Source: Rhodospirillales bacterium (lineage in GTDB: Bacteria; Pseudomonadota; Alphaproteobacteria; Bin95). From it: a stretch of DNA of 64,000 nt. Below the pieces are notes generated by a model. It saw only the letters and a program-made list of their open reading frames with translations. It was not told the origin of the DNA and did not search any database. Location of the stretch: the NCBI GenBank assembly GCA_038143065.1, contig JAYQLI010000035.1:1248894-1312893 (forward strand), written 5' to 3'. Positions 21,930 to 34,028 of the stretch are shown here, piece by piece. A program made the translations under genes and the position numbers. Every line of letters starts with the position of its first letter. Position 1 is the stretch's first letter.

Positions 21930-23453
21930 ATGGCTCCTAAAGTAACATTGCGGCTGAACAATGCTGACAACGTGGTGGTTGCACGCGTCGACCTTGCTCC
22001 GGGAGCTTTAGTGGAAGGAAACGTAACTGCTCAGGATCATGTTCCCGCAGGTCATAAAGTGGCAACAGGACCGATAGCAAAAGGCGAAGCTGTAAGGAAA
22101 TACGACCAGATAATTGGATTTGCCTCATTGGATATTAATCCTGGCGACCATGTTCACGTCCATAACTGTGCAATGGGAGATTTTGAAAGAGATTATGCAA
22201 TCGGATCCGAAGTGAAACCGATTGATTATGTTACTGGTGATGAACGTGCTTCTTTTGAAGGCTATGTTCGCTCTAACGGCAGAGTTGGGACCAGAAATTA
22301 TATAGGTGTCTTAACTAGTGTGAATTGCTCAGCTTCTGTAGCCAGATTTATTGCAAGGGACATGGAAAGATCTGGCCTATTAGAAAATTATCCCGGGGTA
22401 GATGGGGTTGTTGCACTTACGCACTCAACTGGCTGCGGCATGGCTGGTGCTGGCGAAGGCTATGAAAATCTGCAACGGGTGTTATGGGGACATGCTAGGC
22501 ACCCAAATTTTGCCGGCATCCTGATGGTGGGGCTTGGCTGTGAAGTTAACCAGATCGATTTTCTTTTAGAAGCATACGGCATTGATAGAGGGCCCCTTTT
22601 CCAAACAATGAATATCCAGGACGCTGGTGGAGTTCGAAAGACAGTCGACTGGGGAATGGATATGGTAAAAGAGATGCTTCCAGAAGCATCAAAAGCAAAA
22701 CGGCAAACCGTATCCGCAGAGCATCTCTCAGTTGCACTGCAGTGCGGGGGTTCGGACGGTTACTCAGGCATCACTGCAAACCCAGCTTTGGGCTATGCAG
22801 CAGATCTCGTTACCCGTCATGGGGGACAAGCGATACTTGCAGAAACTCCAGAGATTTATGGAGCGGAACACCTACTGACCCGCCGCGCTGTTTCAGACGC
22901 TGTAGGCAATAAACTTATAGAACGAATTAAGTGGTGGGAGGATTACACAGCTCGGAACGGAGGAGAAATGGATAATAATCCTTCGCCAGGAAACAAAAAA
23001 GGTGGCCTCACAACCATCCTTGAGAAATCACTCGGTGCCGCGGCTAAGGGAGGCACCACCAACCTTGCAGGGGTCTATAAATATGGCGAGCCTGCCACTG
23101 CCAAGGGCTTCGTTTTTATGGACAGCCCTGGCTATGACCCAGCATCGATTACTGGGCAAGTAGCTTCAGGAGCCAACGTTGTATGTTTCACCACTGGCCG
23201 CGGGAGTGTGTATGGAAACAAACCGTGCCCATCCATAAAGCTCGCCACTAATACAACAATGTATAATAAAATGTCCGAGGACATGGATGTAAACTGTGGT
23301 GAAATTGCCGATGGTAACGTTTCTGTAGAAGAGAAAGGGACGGAAATTTTCCGCAAATTCCTCTCAATAGCCTCAGGCGAACCCTCTAAAAGTGAGGCAC
23401 AAGGCCTCGGCGATGCAGAATTTATCCCCTGGCAAGTTGGCGCTGTAATGTGA
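21930..23453 (+). CDS. UxaA/GarD-family sugar-acid dehydratase (SAF plus GD_AH_C domains)
   Basis: DNVVVA, GHKVA, HVHVHN, VGTRNY, SVNCS, GLGCE, QCGGSDGYSG, NPSPGNKKGG and FTTGRGS. Confidence 0.9.
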   Translation: MAPKVTLRLNNADNVVVARVDLAPGALVEGNVTAQDHVPAGHKVATGPIAKGEAVRKYDQIIGFASLDINPGDHVHVHNCAMGDFERDYAIGSEVKPIDYVTGDERASFEGYVRSNGRVGTRNYIGVLTSVNCSASVARFIARDMERSGLLENYPGVDGVVALTHSTGCGMAGAGEGYENLQRVLWGHARHPNFAGILMVGLGCEVNQIDFLLEAYGIDRGPLFQTMNIQDAGGVRKTVDWGMDMVKEMLPEASKAKRQTVSAEHLSVALQCGGSDGYSGITANPALGYAADLVTRHGGQAILAETPEIYGAEHLLTRRAVSDAVGNKLIERIKWWEDYTARNGGEMDNNPSPGNKKGGLTTILEKSLGAAAKGGTTNLAGVYKYGEPATAKGFVFMDSPGYDPASITGQVASGANVVCFTTGRGSVYGNKPCPSIKLATNTTMYNKMSEDMDVNCGEIADGNVSVEEKGTEIFRKFLSIASGEPSKSEAQGLGDAEFIPWQVGAVM

Positions 23454-23636
23454 TTTAGACTGCAAAACAGTGGAACTGTGATCGGAAGTGCTCGCCCAAG
23501 AGCACTTACTCATTGAAAAGCCAAACCCTGTGACCCTGAAAGTGCAGCAAGTCTTAAACAATCAATATTTTTAAGAATAATTGGGACTAGGCCTCAAGTA
23601 CTGCCTTCACTGGGAACATCATCGCTAAGTTTTGGC

Positions 23637-25934
23637 TTAGGCCCCTCCTTTAATAATATTCTTAGAAGTTTCTTTATCTTCTGTCTCGTCTTCCTGCTCG
23701 GTAACAGAAGATTTAATTTCATGGCTAAGAGCGATGCGGCCCACAGGCGCTTGCCCGTTCTTATCTTCACCAAAGTAAATCGTCTGATGTGGAAACGGAA
23801 TTTCTATCCCTCTAGCGTCAAATACACGCTTAAGGATGGCATTATATGCACGCCCAATCGCAAATTGTTTGCCAGGCGCGCACTTGATCCGTGACCGCAC
23901 GTTTACAGCACTGTCACCAAAAGTGGTAAGACCAAACCAGGTCATATCCTCTAGAATATCTGCTTTATATTCTTCCATTTCACGTAACTCAGCAAAAGCA
24001 TCAAACATGTCCTGCTTTGCATCATCAACATCTTCACGATAAGCAATGCCCATATCACATACGTAGTGACCAAACTCACGCATGTAATTTGAGACACTAT
24101 TCAGGGAAGAAAAAGGAATAATATGAAAAATCCCATGCAGATCACGCAAACTCACCGAGCGAACTGTTAATCGTTCAACAGTTCCAATGGTGTCTCCTAC
24201 CTTTACAACATCGCCAACATTCATGGCATTTTCAAATTGGATAAAGATGCCGGTTATCACATCCTGAACAAGCTTCTGAGCACCAAAGCCGATCGCAAGC
24301 CCAAGTACACCAGCAGATGCTATCAAAGGAGCTATGTCGACACCCAACTCCGAGAGTGCAAACATTAGAGTGGCGGCTAAAATGGTTATGGTTGCGGCAT
24401 TCTTAAGTAGGGTAAGTAGCGTACTCTCGCGAGCTGTTGGGACGGAACCAAAATCGGGTTCAGTCTGTAATCAACCCACGAATTGATCACCAACCAAATA
24501 ACAAAACCAATGATTAGCATGAAAGTAGCGCTGATAACTGATGCAGCTGCATTGGCACCAATTTCACTCGCCAGCCAAGCTCCCACATTGATAATGCCGG
24601 CCGTATCCAGCGCAAATGCAACGACAGAAACTGCAATAAATCCTTGCACCAGAGCAAGCGCCCTTGGCACAAATAAGTTCAATCTGCGCTCTAACAATGG
24701 CAATCGCTGATTTACATCTGGAGGCAAATGCAACCCGTCCTTAATGGATCGAGAGATGCCGTTGGCCGCAATGCTACCGAGAATTATTGCACCTAGGATC
24801 TGGCCTGATGCTCCAATCACAGGCAGTAAAACGGTAGTCGGGCGTGTTAATACAATCAGCAAAAGAATAATGAGGTAACCTATTATTGGCCAAAACCAGC
24901 CGCGGGCGATTAAACGGTGCAGGGCTGAGCCTAGCTTCCATTGTCGAGCTTCTAGCAGCCACGCGGTTACTCCAACTCGATTTAGAAGAACCATTGCCAG
25001 TAAAATAAAAATTGCCGTGAGGGATATAATCACACCGGCGGCATGGCCAGCAAAACTGGAAACTTGATCACTTAGAATTGGTGCTACCAGCATTTGGCCA
25101 TAGCCCAGCACACTAACTACAACACTTATCCAGTAATTGAGCCGTATTGCTCCATTATCGGGCAGCTGGATAGGTCTGAGTCCGCTGGTTGCCGGTGAAA
25201 GCACTGTCCGAACGCCAACCTTTGCAAACTCAACAACAAGAAATGCGTTCAGATACAGAGCTTGCAAAGTACCCACTTCACCAACTGGGCCAAGGGCTAC
25301 GGCAGATACTCCATATCCAATTGCCCAAGCTAAAACCACGACAACCAGATCAATAACCAAGGAGCCCGCTACGAACCCAATTTTTTTGAATAGGAGAGCG
25401 CTTGTTGCGATATCGCCAAATTTTCTATCAATGCGCTTACCTAAGGAACGAAACATAAAAAATGAAGTGATAGTAACCAAAATGATCAAGGCGAGATCGG
25501 TAAATGCCCCCCAGAGCACGGAAGCTTCCGCACCACTCAAACTCTTGAATATCAGGGGTGCATTTTGCAAACGAACCCAAAACTCTTTCAATGCAATGGA
25601 AATTGAATTTGCAGCAGCCTTAGTTCTTTCGGCCACAACAATCCCAAACGAATTAAAATTAGACTTCTTAGATTCAGAAACTGCGGCCACTTTTGCCCCT
25701 GAGCCTTTACTTTCATCTTTGCCTGCGAAGCTCTCCAACTCGGCAACAAGGGCTTTACGAATTTCTTCATTCTGCAGAGCTTGCGAAAGAGATTTCAGTT
25801 GATGAGAAGTCAATGCTTTTTCAGAGATTTGAGATTTAGTGCTGTCAGGATTGCTTAGGAGCGGCAACCTGAGCTTGCGAAACAGTCGCTGCACATATTG
25901 TCGAGACTAAAAAAGCAAAAATGAAGGAGCGCAA
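23637..25934 (-). CDS. MscS-family mechanosensitive channel (YbiO-like); frameshifts near 24450 and 25870
   Basis: C-terminal GLAIGFGAQKLVQD...GTVERL..RS...IPFS...GIEIPFP; multi-TM N-terminus; signal-peptide-like start TTG at 25934. Confidence 0.85.
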
Positions 25935-26103
25935 TTAACCAGTCCGATCGTTATGATTTTTGGGAAGATACCTGTGCTCACCCCTTGGCTGCAACAATTT
26001 CTCGCTAGTATGGTCAAACTGCTTTAGTTGCGCTTAATTCCCTTGGATACTATATCCGTGAGCAGGAACGCTTCACGTCGATTGACGATGTACCCTCAGG
26101 AGA

Positions 26104-26499
26104 ATGATTTTGAATTTTTTTCCCCCAGCCTATGCCCAGTCCGCCGGTGGCGGTGATGCTCTGACATCATTCCTGCCGTTCATTCTGATTTTTGTAGTAT
26201 TCTACTTCCTCCTCATTCGGCCACAGCAAAAACGCGCGAAAGAACACCGTGAGATGGTTGCTTCGCTGCGACGCAATGATCGTGTTGTCACAGCTGGTGG
26301 AATAATAGGGAAAGTAACCCGAGCTCCTGAGGATGGAGAAGTAGAAGTAGAAATAGCAGAAAACGTTCGGGTAAAAGTTGTTCGTGAAACGATTACGCAA
26401 GTCGTTAAAAAATCTGCGCCCGAAGGTAATGCACCTCCACCACCAGCCAACCAAGACAGCAAGCCTGGTGGAATGCTTGGCGGCATCTTCAAGCGTTAA
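26104..26499 (+). CDS. yajC: Preprotein translocase subunit YajC
   Basis: FYFLLIRPQQKR and VVTAGGIIG. Confidence 0.95.
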   Translation: MILNFFPPAYAQSAGGGDALTSFLPFILIFVVFYFLLIRPQQKRAKEHREMVASLRRNDRVVTAGGIIGKVTRAPEDGEVEVEIAENVRVKVVRETITQVVKKSAPEGNAPPPPANQDSKPGGMLGGIFKR

Positions 26500-26522
26500 T
26501 TTAAAAGGAACTCTTTGTCGCC

Positions 26523-28093
26523 ATGCTGTACGTAGAAAAGTGGAAGGCTATGCTGATTGGGCTGATTTGTGCCCTTGGCTTGGTCTATGCATCCCCAAAT
26601 ATTTGGCGCAGCAATGGTGATGAAAGCGGCTCCAGCATTCCAAGTTGGCTACCCCATAAGACCTTGAGCCTTGGTCTTGACCTCCAAGGCGGGGCCCATC
26701 TCCTTGCTGAAGTCGATATAGATGCTGGGATTAAACAAAGGGCTGCATCTTTTGAAGATACAGTCCGATCTGCCCTCCGGGGAGCGGAATTCGTCGATCG
26801 GCACCAGAAAGACTGGGTGCAGCAGTTCGATTCCGCACGCTCGACCCTGCGGATACTGCTAGAGCAGCTGAGTTGGTCCAAGAAGCAGACCAAAGTGCCG
26901 AGGTCACAGTAGGAGAAAACGGATCAATCACCGTCGGCTTTAGAGCTGACGACGAAGCGCAGTTGAGGACAACAATTCTTAGCCAGGTTATTGAGATCAT
27001 TCGAATTAGAATTGATGAGCTAGGTACGAAAGAACCTATCATTCAGCGCCAAGGGGATAACCGAGTAGTAATCCAGGTCCCTGGGTATGATGACTCTGGG
27101 AAGTTGAAAAATATTATTGGGACTACTGCACAACTAAATTTCCGCCTAGTAGACCCCAATTCTGATCCCTTAACTTTCACTCCAAGACCAGGTTTTGAGG
27201 TTCTAGATGCACAGGACAGTCGACCAGGACGGCTCAGTAAATATGTAGTGAGAACTTCTCCGTCTGTTCCCGGAGATCTTCTTGTTGATGCCCAACCATC
27301 ATTTCAAGACAATCGACCAGTAGTTTCTTTCCGCTTCAATGGCGAAGGTGCAAGGCGATTTCTTGATTTAACCGGAAAACACATTGGCGAACCACTCGCT
27401 ATCGTCCTTGACAAACAGGTGATCAGCGCCCCAACCATCCAAGCTGCTATTGGTGCAAACGGCATTATAACCGGACAGTTTTCGGTAGCAGGCACACAAG
27501 AGCTTGCCCTCCTTCTTCGTTCTGGAGCTTTGCCCGCACCAGTCCAATTTTTGCAGGAGTCAACCGTTGGCCCTTCACTTGGCCAAGACTCCGTTGAAGC
27601 AGGCAAACTTGCTTCAATAGTTGCATTCGTTGCGGTGGCTGTATTTATGGTAATTGCTTATGGGCTCTTTGGTGTCTTCGCTGCGCTAGCCTTGATATTC
27701 AACGCGGGGTTAATTCTCGGAACCCTCTCTGCACTGCAAGCAACACTGACCTTACCTGGCATTGCTGGAATCGTTCTTACAATTGGTATGGCAGTCGATG
27801 CTAACGTGCTAATTTTTGAGCGTATTCGAGAGGAATTAGCTTCGGGTCAATCAGTCGTTTCTGCCATAGATGGTGGGTACCGCCGGGCCTTATCATCTAT
27901 CATTGATAGTCAAGTAACCACTTTAATTGCGGCAGTGATCCTCTTCGCTATGGGTTCAGGCCCTATCAGAGGCTTCTCCGTTACTTTAACCATCGGCATC
28001 GTGCCCTCTCTTTTCACTGCAATTTGGGTAACTCGACTTATGGTAGTCACTTGGCTTCGTGCTGGCCCTCGTCGCAATACTCTACCCATTTGA
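26523..28093 (+). CDS. secD: Protein translocase subunit SecD; frameshift(s) near 26780-26880
   Basis: LGLDLQGG, RIDELG..EP.IQRQG, LRSGALP, VGPSLG and GMAVDANVLIFERIREE. Confidence 0.95.
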
Positions 28094-28107
28094 ATGGAAA
28101 CTGAAGA

Positions 28108-29058
28108 ATGACGATTATCCCATTCCGATTTTTTCCGAAGCGACCAAACTTCCAAATTATAAATGGAAGACGGCTTGCTTATATCTTTTCCGGGTCTGCC
28201 ATCATCGCTGCACTTTTAGCAATGATCCTCTTGGGCTTGAATCTGGGTATCGATTTTCGCGGCGGGGCGCTGATCGAGACGCGCTTTAAAAGTCCTCCGT
28301 CCATTTCTGAATTGCGAGGAAAAGTAGACAGCCTTGGACTTGGGGAGATTACAATCCAAGAGTTTGGTAATCCTAACGACATTTTAATTCGCATACAGAA
28401 GCAACCAGGCGCTGTTGAAGATCAAACGCAAGCTATCAAAACTGTTACAGATGCACTCGGTTCTGACGTTGAAATACGTCGAACAGAATTCATTGGCCCC
28501 ACTGTTGGCGAAGAGCTAAAAGAAGCAGGTGCAATCGCCGTGCTTCTGTCATTGATTGGCATCGTAGCCTATGTGTGGTTTCGGTTTGAATGGCAGTTTG
28601 CCATCGCAGGCATAGCAGCGTTGGTACATGACGTTGTAATAACGATAGGGCTATTTGCCGTTACGGGTTGGGAGTTTAATCTTGCAACGATTGCTGCTTT
28701 GCTAACGATTGCTGGTTACTCGATCAACGATACAGTTGTTGTGTTTGACAGAGTACGCGAGAATTTGCGCCGATTTAAACAAGAGCCACTTCCAAGCCTC
28801 TTGAACAGAAGCGTGAATGACACCTTATCCCGAACAGTCATGACCAGCTTAACAACAATGATAGCACTAATTGCTCTTGCTATCTTTGGTGGTGAAGTTA
28901 TCCGTGACTTTACCTATGCCCTCATCTGGGGCGTTGTGATTGGAACTTACTCATCAATTTTTATCGCATCTTGTTTTCTTCTTTTCTTTCGTGACGTACG
29001 AAATACGCGTCCTTCAAACAGTGATCACGATCAAGAAATAGAAACTGCAAATGGATAA
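28108..29058 (+). CDS. secF: Protein translocase subunit SecF
   Basis: LGIDFRGG, GPTVG, HDV and GYSINDTVVVFDRVRE. Confidence 0.97.
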   Translation: MTIIPFRFFPKRPNFQIINGRRLAYIFSGSAIIAALLAMILLGLNLGIDFRGGALIETRFKSPPSISELRGKVDSLGLGEITIQEFGNPNDILIRIQKQPGAVEDQTQAIKTVTDALGSDVEIRRTEFIGPTVGEELKEAGAIAVLLSLIGIVAYVWFRFEWQFAIAGIAALVHDVVITIGLFAVTGWEFNLATIAALLTIAGYSINDTVVVFDRVRENLRRFKQEPLPSLLNRSVNDTLSRTVMTSLTTMIALIALAIFGGEVIRDFTYALIWGVVIGTYSSIFIASCFLLFFRDVRNTRPSNSDHDQEIETANG

Positions 29059-30332
29059 GAAGTATTAAAAGCTACATATCTCTCTGGGATAAATCTGCCC
29101 AGGAAACTAAACATAGCCCGGATGCTGCGATCAATATAAATACTGACGTGGCAATTGTTGGAGGCGGCTTTACTGGTCTATCGCTGGCGCTACACCTCTC
29201 TGAAGCTGGGGTAGCTGCTCATGTTTTTGAAAGCGAAGAGATTGGTTTTGGTGGATCGGGTCGAAATGTAGGACTGGTAAACCCGGGGATATGGCTACCT
29301 CCAGATGATGTGCGCAAATTACTTGGCAAAACTCGAGGTCAGAAATTTTTAGACCTTTTTGGACAAGCACCTGAATACGTATTTAATCTTATTGAACGTT
29401 TTCAAATTCGTGCTGAGGCAACAAAAGCAGGCACAATCCATGCCGCACACGCACCGGCCGGCATGAAGGAACTCAGGGGACGATATGCCACCTGGAAAGC
29501 AATGGGGGCACCTGTTGAGCTGCTGAGCCGAGAAGAGATAACGGCCAAAACAGGAACGGAATCCTTCTTCGGCGGATTATTGGATAATAGGGCCGGTACA
29601 ATTAACCCGATGGGCTATGCTCGGGGCCTAGCTCGCGCAAGTAGAGCAGCTGGCGCCAGTATTTCAACAGGGACGCGAGTTACTTCCTTATCAAAAGATG
29701 GTCCTTACTGGCGTTTAAATTTAGACCGTGGAGAGACAGCATTAGCAAATAGGGTAATTCTGGCTACAAATGCCTACTCAAATGAAATATGGCCTGGTTT
29801 GTCTGATATCATTACGCCTATTCATTATTTTCAAATTTCCACAGAACCATTAGGCGAAAAATCAAAAGACGTACTCCCCGAAGGCCATGGGCTTTGGGAC
29901 ACCGCAAAAGTTATGTTTTCACTTCGACGGGATATCTTTGGGCGCATCATTCTCGGAAGTATGGGAAAGGTTATTGGCGGAGAACGTGGACTAACTCGCA
30001 TATGGGCGCAACGGACTCTAAAACGTTTATACCCCAATTTAGAGAATGTGATATGGGAGCCGCCTTGGCATGGAAAGATTGGGATGACGCCTGATCACTT
30101 GCCACGCATATTCAATCCTGCGCACAACCTCTACGCATTGCTTGGTTACAATGGTCGAGGCATAACTACAGGAACGGTCCTCGGACAGGCTTTGGCTAAT
30201 TATCTCGTTTCTGGAAACCAATCAGACTTACCATTGGTTTTATCCCAGAAAGAGCAGGACAAATTACGTCTGCTTAAAGCAACACTTTTTGAAACTGCCT
30301 TCAAAGCTTACCGCGTATACAAAACTATTTGA
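29051..30332 (+). CDS. FAD-dependent oxidoreductase, DAO family (pipecolate/amine oxidase-like); start uncertain
   Basis: SLW...DVAIVGGGFTGLS, GGSGRNVG, ATNAY and GYNGRGI..GT. The open frame extends upstream of the track start at 29148. Confidence 0.85.
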
Positions 30333-30344
30333 TGGGAGACTGTT

Positions 30345-31092
30345 ATGACCCAAAAAGTAGCCGTCATAACTGGCGCCGCTCAGGGTATCGGATATGCCAC
30401 CGCAGAGGCTTTAAGAGACCAAGGTTTAACCGTAGTCATTACTGACATTAATGAGGACGGCGCTAAGGTAGCTGCCAAAAAGCTTGGTTGTAATGCCCAG
30501 GGTTATCTGTGTGATGTTTCCCCCTGTTGAAATAGAAGAATTGTTTAATCAGATAGAGAAAGACATAGGTATTGCCTCGGTTTTGGTGAACAACGCAGGA
30601 ATAGCAATACCTAGTGATTTTCTAGAATTATCGATAGACCATTTTCAGCAAGTGATAGACGTCAATCTGACAGGAACCTTTGTCGCAACACAAAGAATGG
30701 CGAAAAGTATGATTAGGCATGGCTTAAAAGGGGCCATCATTAACATGTCATCAATAAACGCGCAGGTGGCAATCCCTACAATTGCAGCTTATTGCGCATC
30801 AAAGGGCGGGGTCATGCAGCTTACGAAGGCTGCGGCTTTAGCATTGGCTCCTTATGGAATACGCGTGAATGCTGTGGGGCCAGGCTCTATCGATACTGCG
30901 ATGATGTCAGGTGTGAATTCTGATGAAAATGCGATGAGGACTGTGCTTTCACGAACACCCCTCGGAAGAATTGGAAATCCGCGTGAAGTTGGTGATGTAG
31001 TTGCTTTTTTGGCCAGTGATAAAGCTAGTTACATTACAGGTGAAACTATCTATATCGATGGCGGCCGACTAGGAATGAACTACACATGTTAG
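30345..31092 (+). CDS. SDR family oxidoreductase; frameshift near 30520
   Basis: TGAAQGIG, NNAG, YCASKGG and TGETIYIDGG. Confidence 0.88.
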
Positions 31093-31102
31093 GTTTGCTA
31101 TC

Positions 31103-31480
31103 ATGACTGATGTCACACCAGTAATTCCATCGGGTCGAAATGTCATTGAGACCTATGGCGAAATGCGTTTTCATATATCAGGTGTTCGTTTTGAGACGCC
31201 CATAATTGTGCTTCCAGAGGCTATAATCGATTGGTCTGTCTCAACATGGGAAGACATAACTGAAGAGAGTTTTCAGCCATTACTTAGTAGCAATCTTGCG
31301 GATGTAGTCCTTCTTGGCTGCGGAAAAAAAGCAAAATTGCCATCCAGTGAATTAAGACGAAAATTTCGAGAAGCTGGCATGGTAATAGAGCCCATGGATA
31401 CTGGAGCCGCTTGTCGGACGTACAATGTATTAATGGCAGAAGATCGTCGTGTGGCCGCAGCGCTTATGCCTGTCGCCTGA
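31103..31480 (+). CDS. Mth938-like / NDUFAF3-family protein
   Basis: LLGCG...EPMDTGAACRTYNVLMAEDRRVAAAL. Confidence 0.9.
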   Translation: MTDVTPVIPSGRNVIETYGEMRFHISGVRFETPIIVLPEAIIDWSVSTWEDITEESFQPLLSSNLADVVLLGCGKKAKLPSSELRRKFREAGMVIEPMDTGAACRTYNVLMAEDRRVAAALMPVA

Positions 31481-31709
31481 TCCCTATAAACATTAGTTAA
31501 ACGACTATAAGTCAAGCTATTGCTCTCAGCCCGGCATGTTTGCCTATGTTCTTGACGTAAGTATGTGATTTGTTTTTTTGCTTTCCTACTAATAAGCGAG
31601 AGAAGAACGCACTGCACACCCTTAGTTTAGGCACTATCTAAACAGGACTTTCACATAACTGGATACCACGGTAGGCTTCTTCAAATTAATGCGGAGGGTC
31701 AGTCAGATT

Positions 31710-32546
31710 ATGCATGTTGGTGCGCATATTTTCTTCACAGACTATTCCATTCAACCGCAAGAACTGGGTCCAGCATTAGAAGCTCGCGGGTTTGAGTCTC
31801 TCTGGTTACCTGAGCACAGCCATATTCCATTACCCCGTGTTTCACCCTGGCCCGGAGGTGGCGAACTACCTAAAAAATATTACGACGTCATGGATCCATT
31901 TGTATCTATTGGCGCTATCGCAGCAACAACTAAAACCCTAAAAATTGGTACTGGTATCTGTCTTGTCATTCAGCGTGATCCAATCCAAACCGCCAAGGAA
32001 GTGGCTACTGCTGATAGACTTTCAAACGGCCGTTTCTTATTTGGCGTTGGTGCTGGTTGGAATGAAGAAGAGATGGCAGATCACGGAACAGAGCCAAAAC
32101 ATCGCTTCCGACTTATGCGCGAGCGTATCGAGGCAATGAAGGCAATTTGGACTCAGTCAAAGCCGTCATACTCAGGAGAATTTGTAGAATTTGGGCAGAT
32201 GATGACTTGGCCAAAACCGGTACAAAAACCACATCCTCCTGTAATTGTTGGAGGCGCATTTCCCTATGGTGCACGGCGAGCAATACGTTTTGGTGATGGT
32301 TGGATTCCCCTTGGCGGTACTCGTGGCGTGGATATAGCCAATCAGATGCCGCACTTTCGTCAGATGGCAGCTGAGGCTGGACGTAACCCTGATGAAATTG
32401 AAGTTAGTGTATTTGCAGCACGACCTAATGAAAAAGAACTCGAAACGCTAAAGGCAGCCGGTATTGCTCGCGTTACTTTTGATCTTCCATCCGCATCTTC
32501 GGATGAAGTTTTACCTCTTCTCGATAAGCTAGCACGATTGATTTAA
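31710..32546 (+). CDS. LLM-class flavin/F420-dependent oxidoreductase
   Basis: LEARGFESLWLPEHSHIP, RDPIQTAKEVAT.D.LSNGRFLFGVGAGWN.EE and PKPVQKPHPP. Confidence 0.9.
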   Translation: MHVGAHIFFTDYSIQPQELGPALEARGFESLWLPEHSHIPLPRVSPWPGGGELPKKYYDVMDPFVSIGAIAATTKTLKIGTGICLVIQRDPIQTAKEVATADRLSNGRFLFGVGAGWNEEEMADHGTEPKHRFRLMRERIEAMKAIWTQSKPSYSGEFVEFGQMMTWPKPVQKPHPPVIVGGAFPYGARRAIRFGDGWIPLGGTRGVDIANQMPHFRQMAAEAGRNPDEIEVSVFAARPNEKELETLKAAGIARVTFDLPSASSDEVLPLLDKLARLI

Positions 32547-32564
32547 TTTCTTGGAGAAATTCCT

Positions 32565-32762
32565 TTGCGGATATGTGTGGATCCCGACAAATGCGAAGGC
32601 CATAATCGTTGCTTTTCGCTAGCACCCGAACTTTTTGAGGTAGATGAATTTGGTATTGCTGCGACTAAGAATAACGGAGAAGTCCCAAAGGGTATGGAGG
32701 ACAAAGCAGACCTAGCAATCGCTAATTGTCCAGAATTCGCTATTTCAATCCTGGAGGATTGA
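32565..32762 (+). CDS. Small ferredoxin (P450-associated 3Fe-4S type)
   Basis: CEGHNRC...APELF...NCPEFAI (CxxHxxC...CP). Confidence 0.88.
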   Translation: MRICVDPDKCEGHNRCFSLAPELFEVDEFGIAATKNNGEVPKGMEDKADLAIANCPEFAISILED

Positions 32763-32766
32763 CAAC

Positions 32767-34025
32767 ATGAGTGATCGCAAACCAAGTATTCCCAATACTC
32801 GCGAAGGCTGTCCCGTTCATGACTGGGCAACAGACTACGACGTCATGGACCCCATCTATAACAGTGATCCAGGACCAATTTGGCAGGATCTTCGGGAACG
32901 GTGTCCCATCGCGCATTCAGAGAGATGGGGTGGGTCTTGGATGCCGACACGTTACGAAGACATCCGTGAAATGGCTCGAGCGGTTCCAACTCTTTCAAGT
33001 CGTGCCCCAGGGGTAATTCCTCCCTCCCCTGAAATGCGGGAAATTCTCATTCAGGAAGTAAAAGAATTTGGGGCTGAACTGCCACCAATTTCAGCTGACC
33101 CTCCTCTGCACAAACCCTTTAAGCAGCTAATACTTCCTTTATTCTCACCCAAGGCTGTCGACACGTATCGCCCTTTCACCGAACAATTAGCAAACAGCTT
33201 AATTGATCAGATCATTCAAAAAGGTCCCGAGATAGATGGGGCAACAGACTACGCCCAGCAACTTCCCCCAAGAGTGATTGCTCACAATATTGGGATTGAT
33301 GAGTCCCGTGCTGACGAATTTACAGAATGGGTCAGAGGGATCCTTGAACAGGGCCAAGCGGACGCAGAAATACGGCTTAAATATCGGCGGATAATCAGAG
33401 ATTTTTTCCAACAAATGATTATTGAAAGGCGGAATGCCCCTCGAGATGACGCCATTTCCAGACTTATGAAAGCAGAAATTGAAGGAGAAAAATTATCTGA
33501 CTATACAATCATAGGCGTTTGCTTTTTGTTATTGGTAGCCGGAATTGATACAACCTGGAGCTCTATTGGATCTGCGCTGTTTCATTTCGGCACAAACCCC
33601 GAGCACCGCCAACGGATTTATGCCGAACCCAATTTGTTCCCGACTGCAATTGAAGAATTACTGCGGTTCTATTCACCCGTAAAAATGGCGCGGCGAGTAC
33701 TAGAACCTATAAAATTCGGTAAGGTTGAGATGCAACCGGGAGATAAAGTGATAATGAATTTCCCAGCTGCTAACCGCGATCCTCAAATTTTTGATAGAGC
33801 TGAAGAGGTAGTTCTAGATCGCAAACAAAACCGTCACATAGCATTTGAGTTGGAATTCATCGATGTGCTGGTTCAAATCTAGCTCGGATGGAGATGGATA
33901 TTGCTCTTCGTGTCTGGTTTAACAGAATTAAGGACTTTGAAGTAATCCAACCTAAAAAGGTTATATGGTCTGGTGGCCAAGTTCGTGGCCCTCGGGTCAT
34001 GCCAATGAGAATTTTAGGGGCTTAG
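32767..34025 (+). CDS. Cytochrome P450; frameshift inside the heme motif near 33847
   Basis: DPPLH, AGIDTT, EELLR and ANRDP. Restoring one G gives FGVGIHRCAG and the frame ends at TAG 34023-34025. Confidence 0.9.
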
Positions 34026-34028
34026 GGC

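Noticed and set aside
23486-23507. Hairpin AAGTGCTC-N6-GAGCACTT between convergent uxaA-like and mscS genes as ncRNA or repeat
   Set aside because: A single 8-bp stem with no second copy seen; at most a terminator or stability element.
25843-25850. TGA after the MscS signal peptide as readthrough
   Set aside because: The downstream protein is in a different frame, so this is a simple frameshift.
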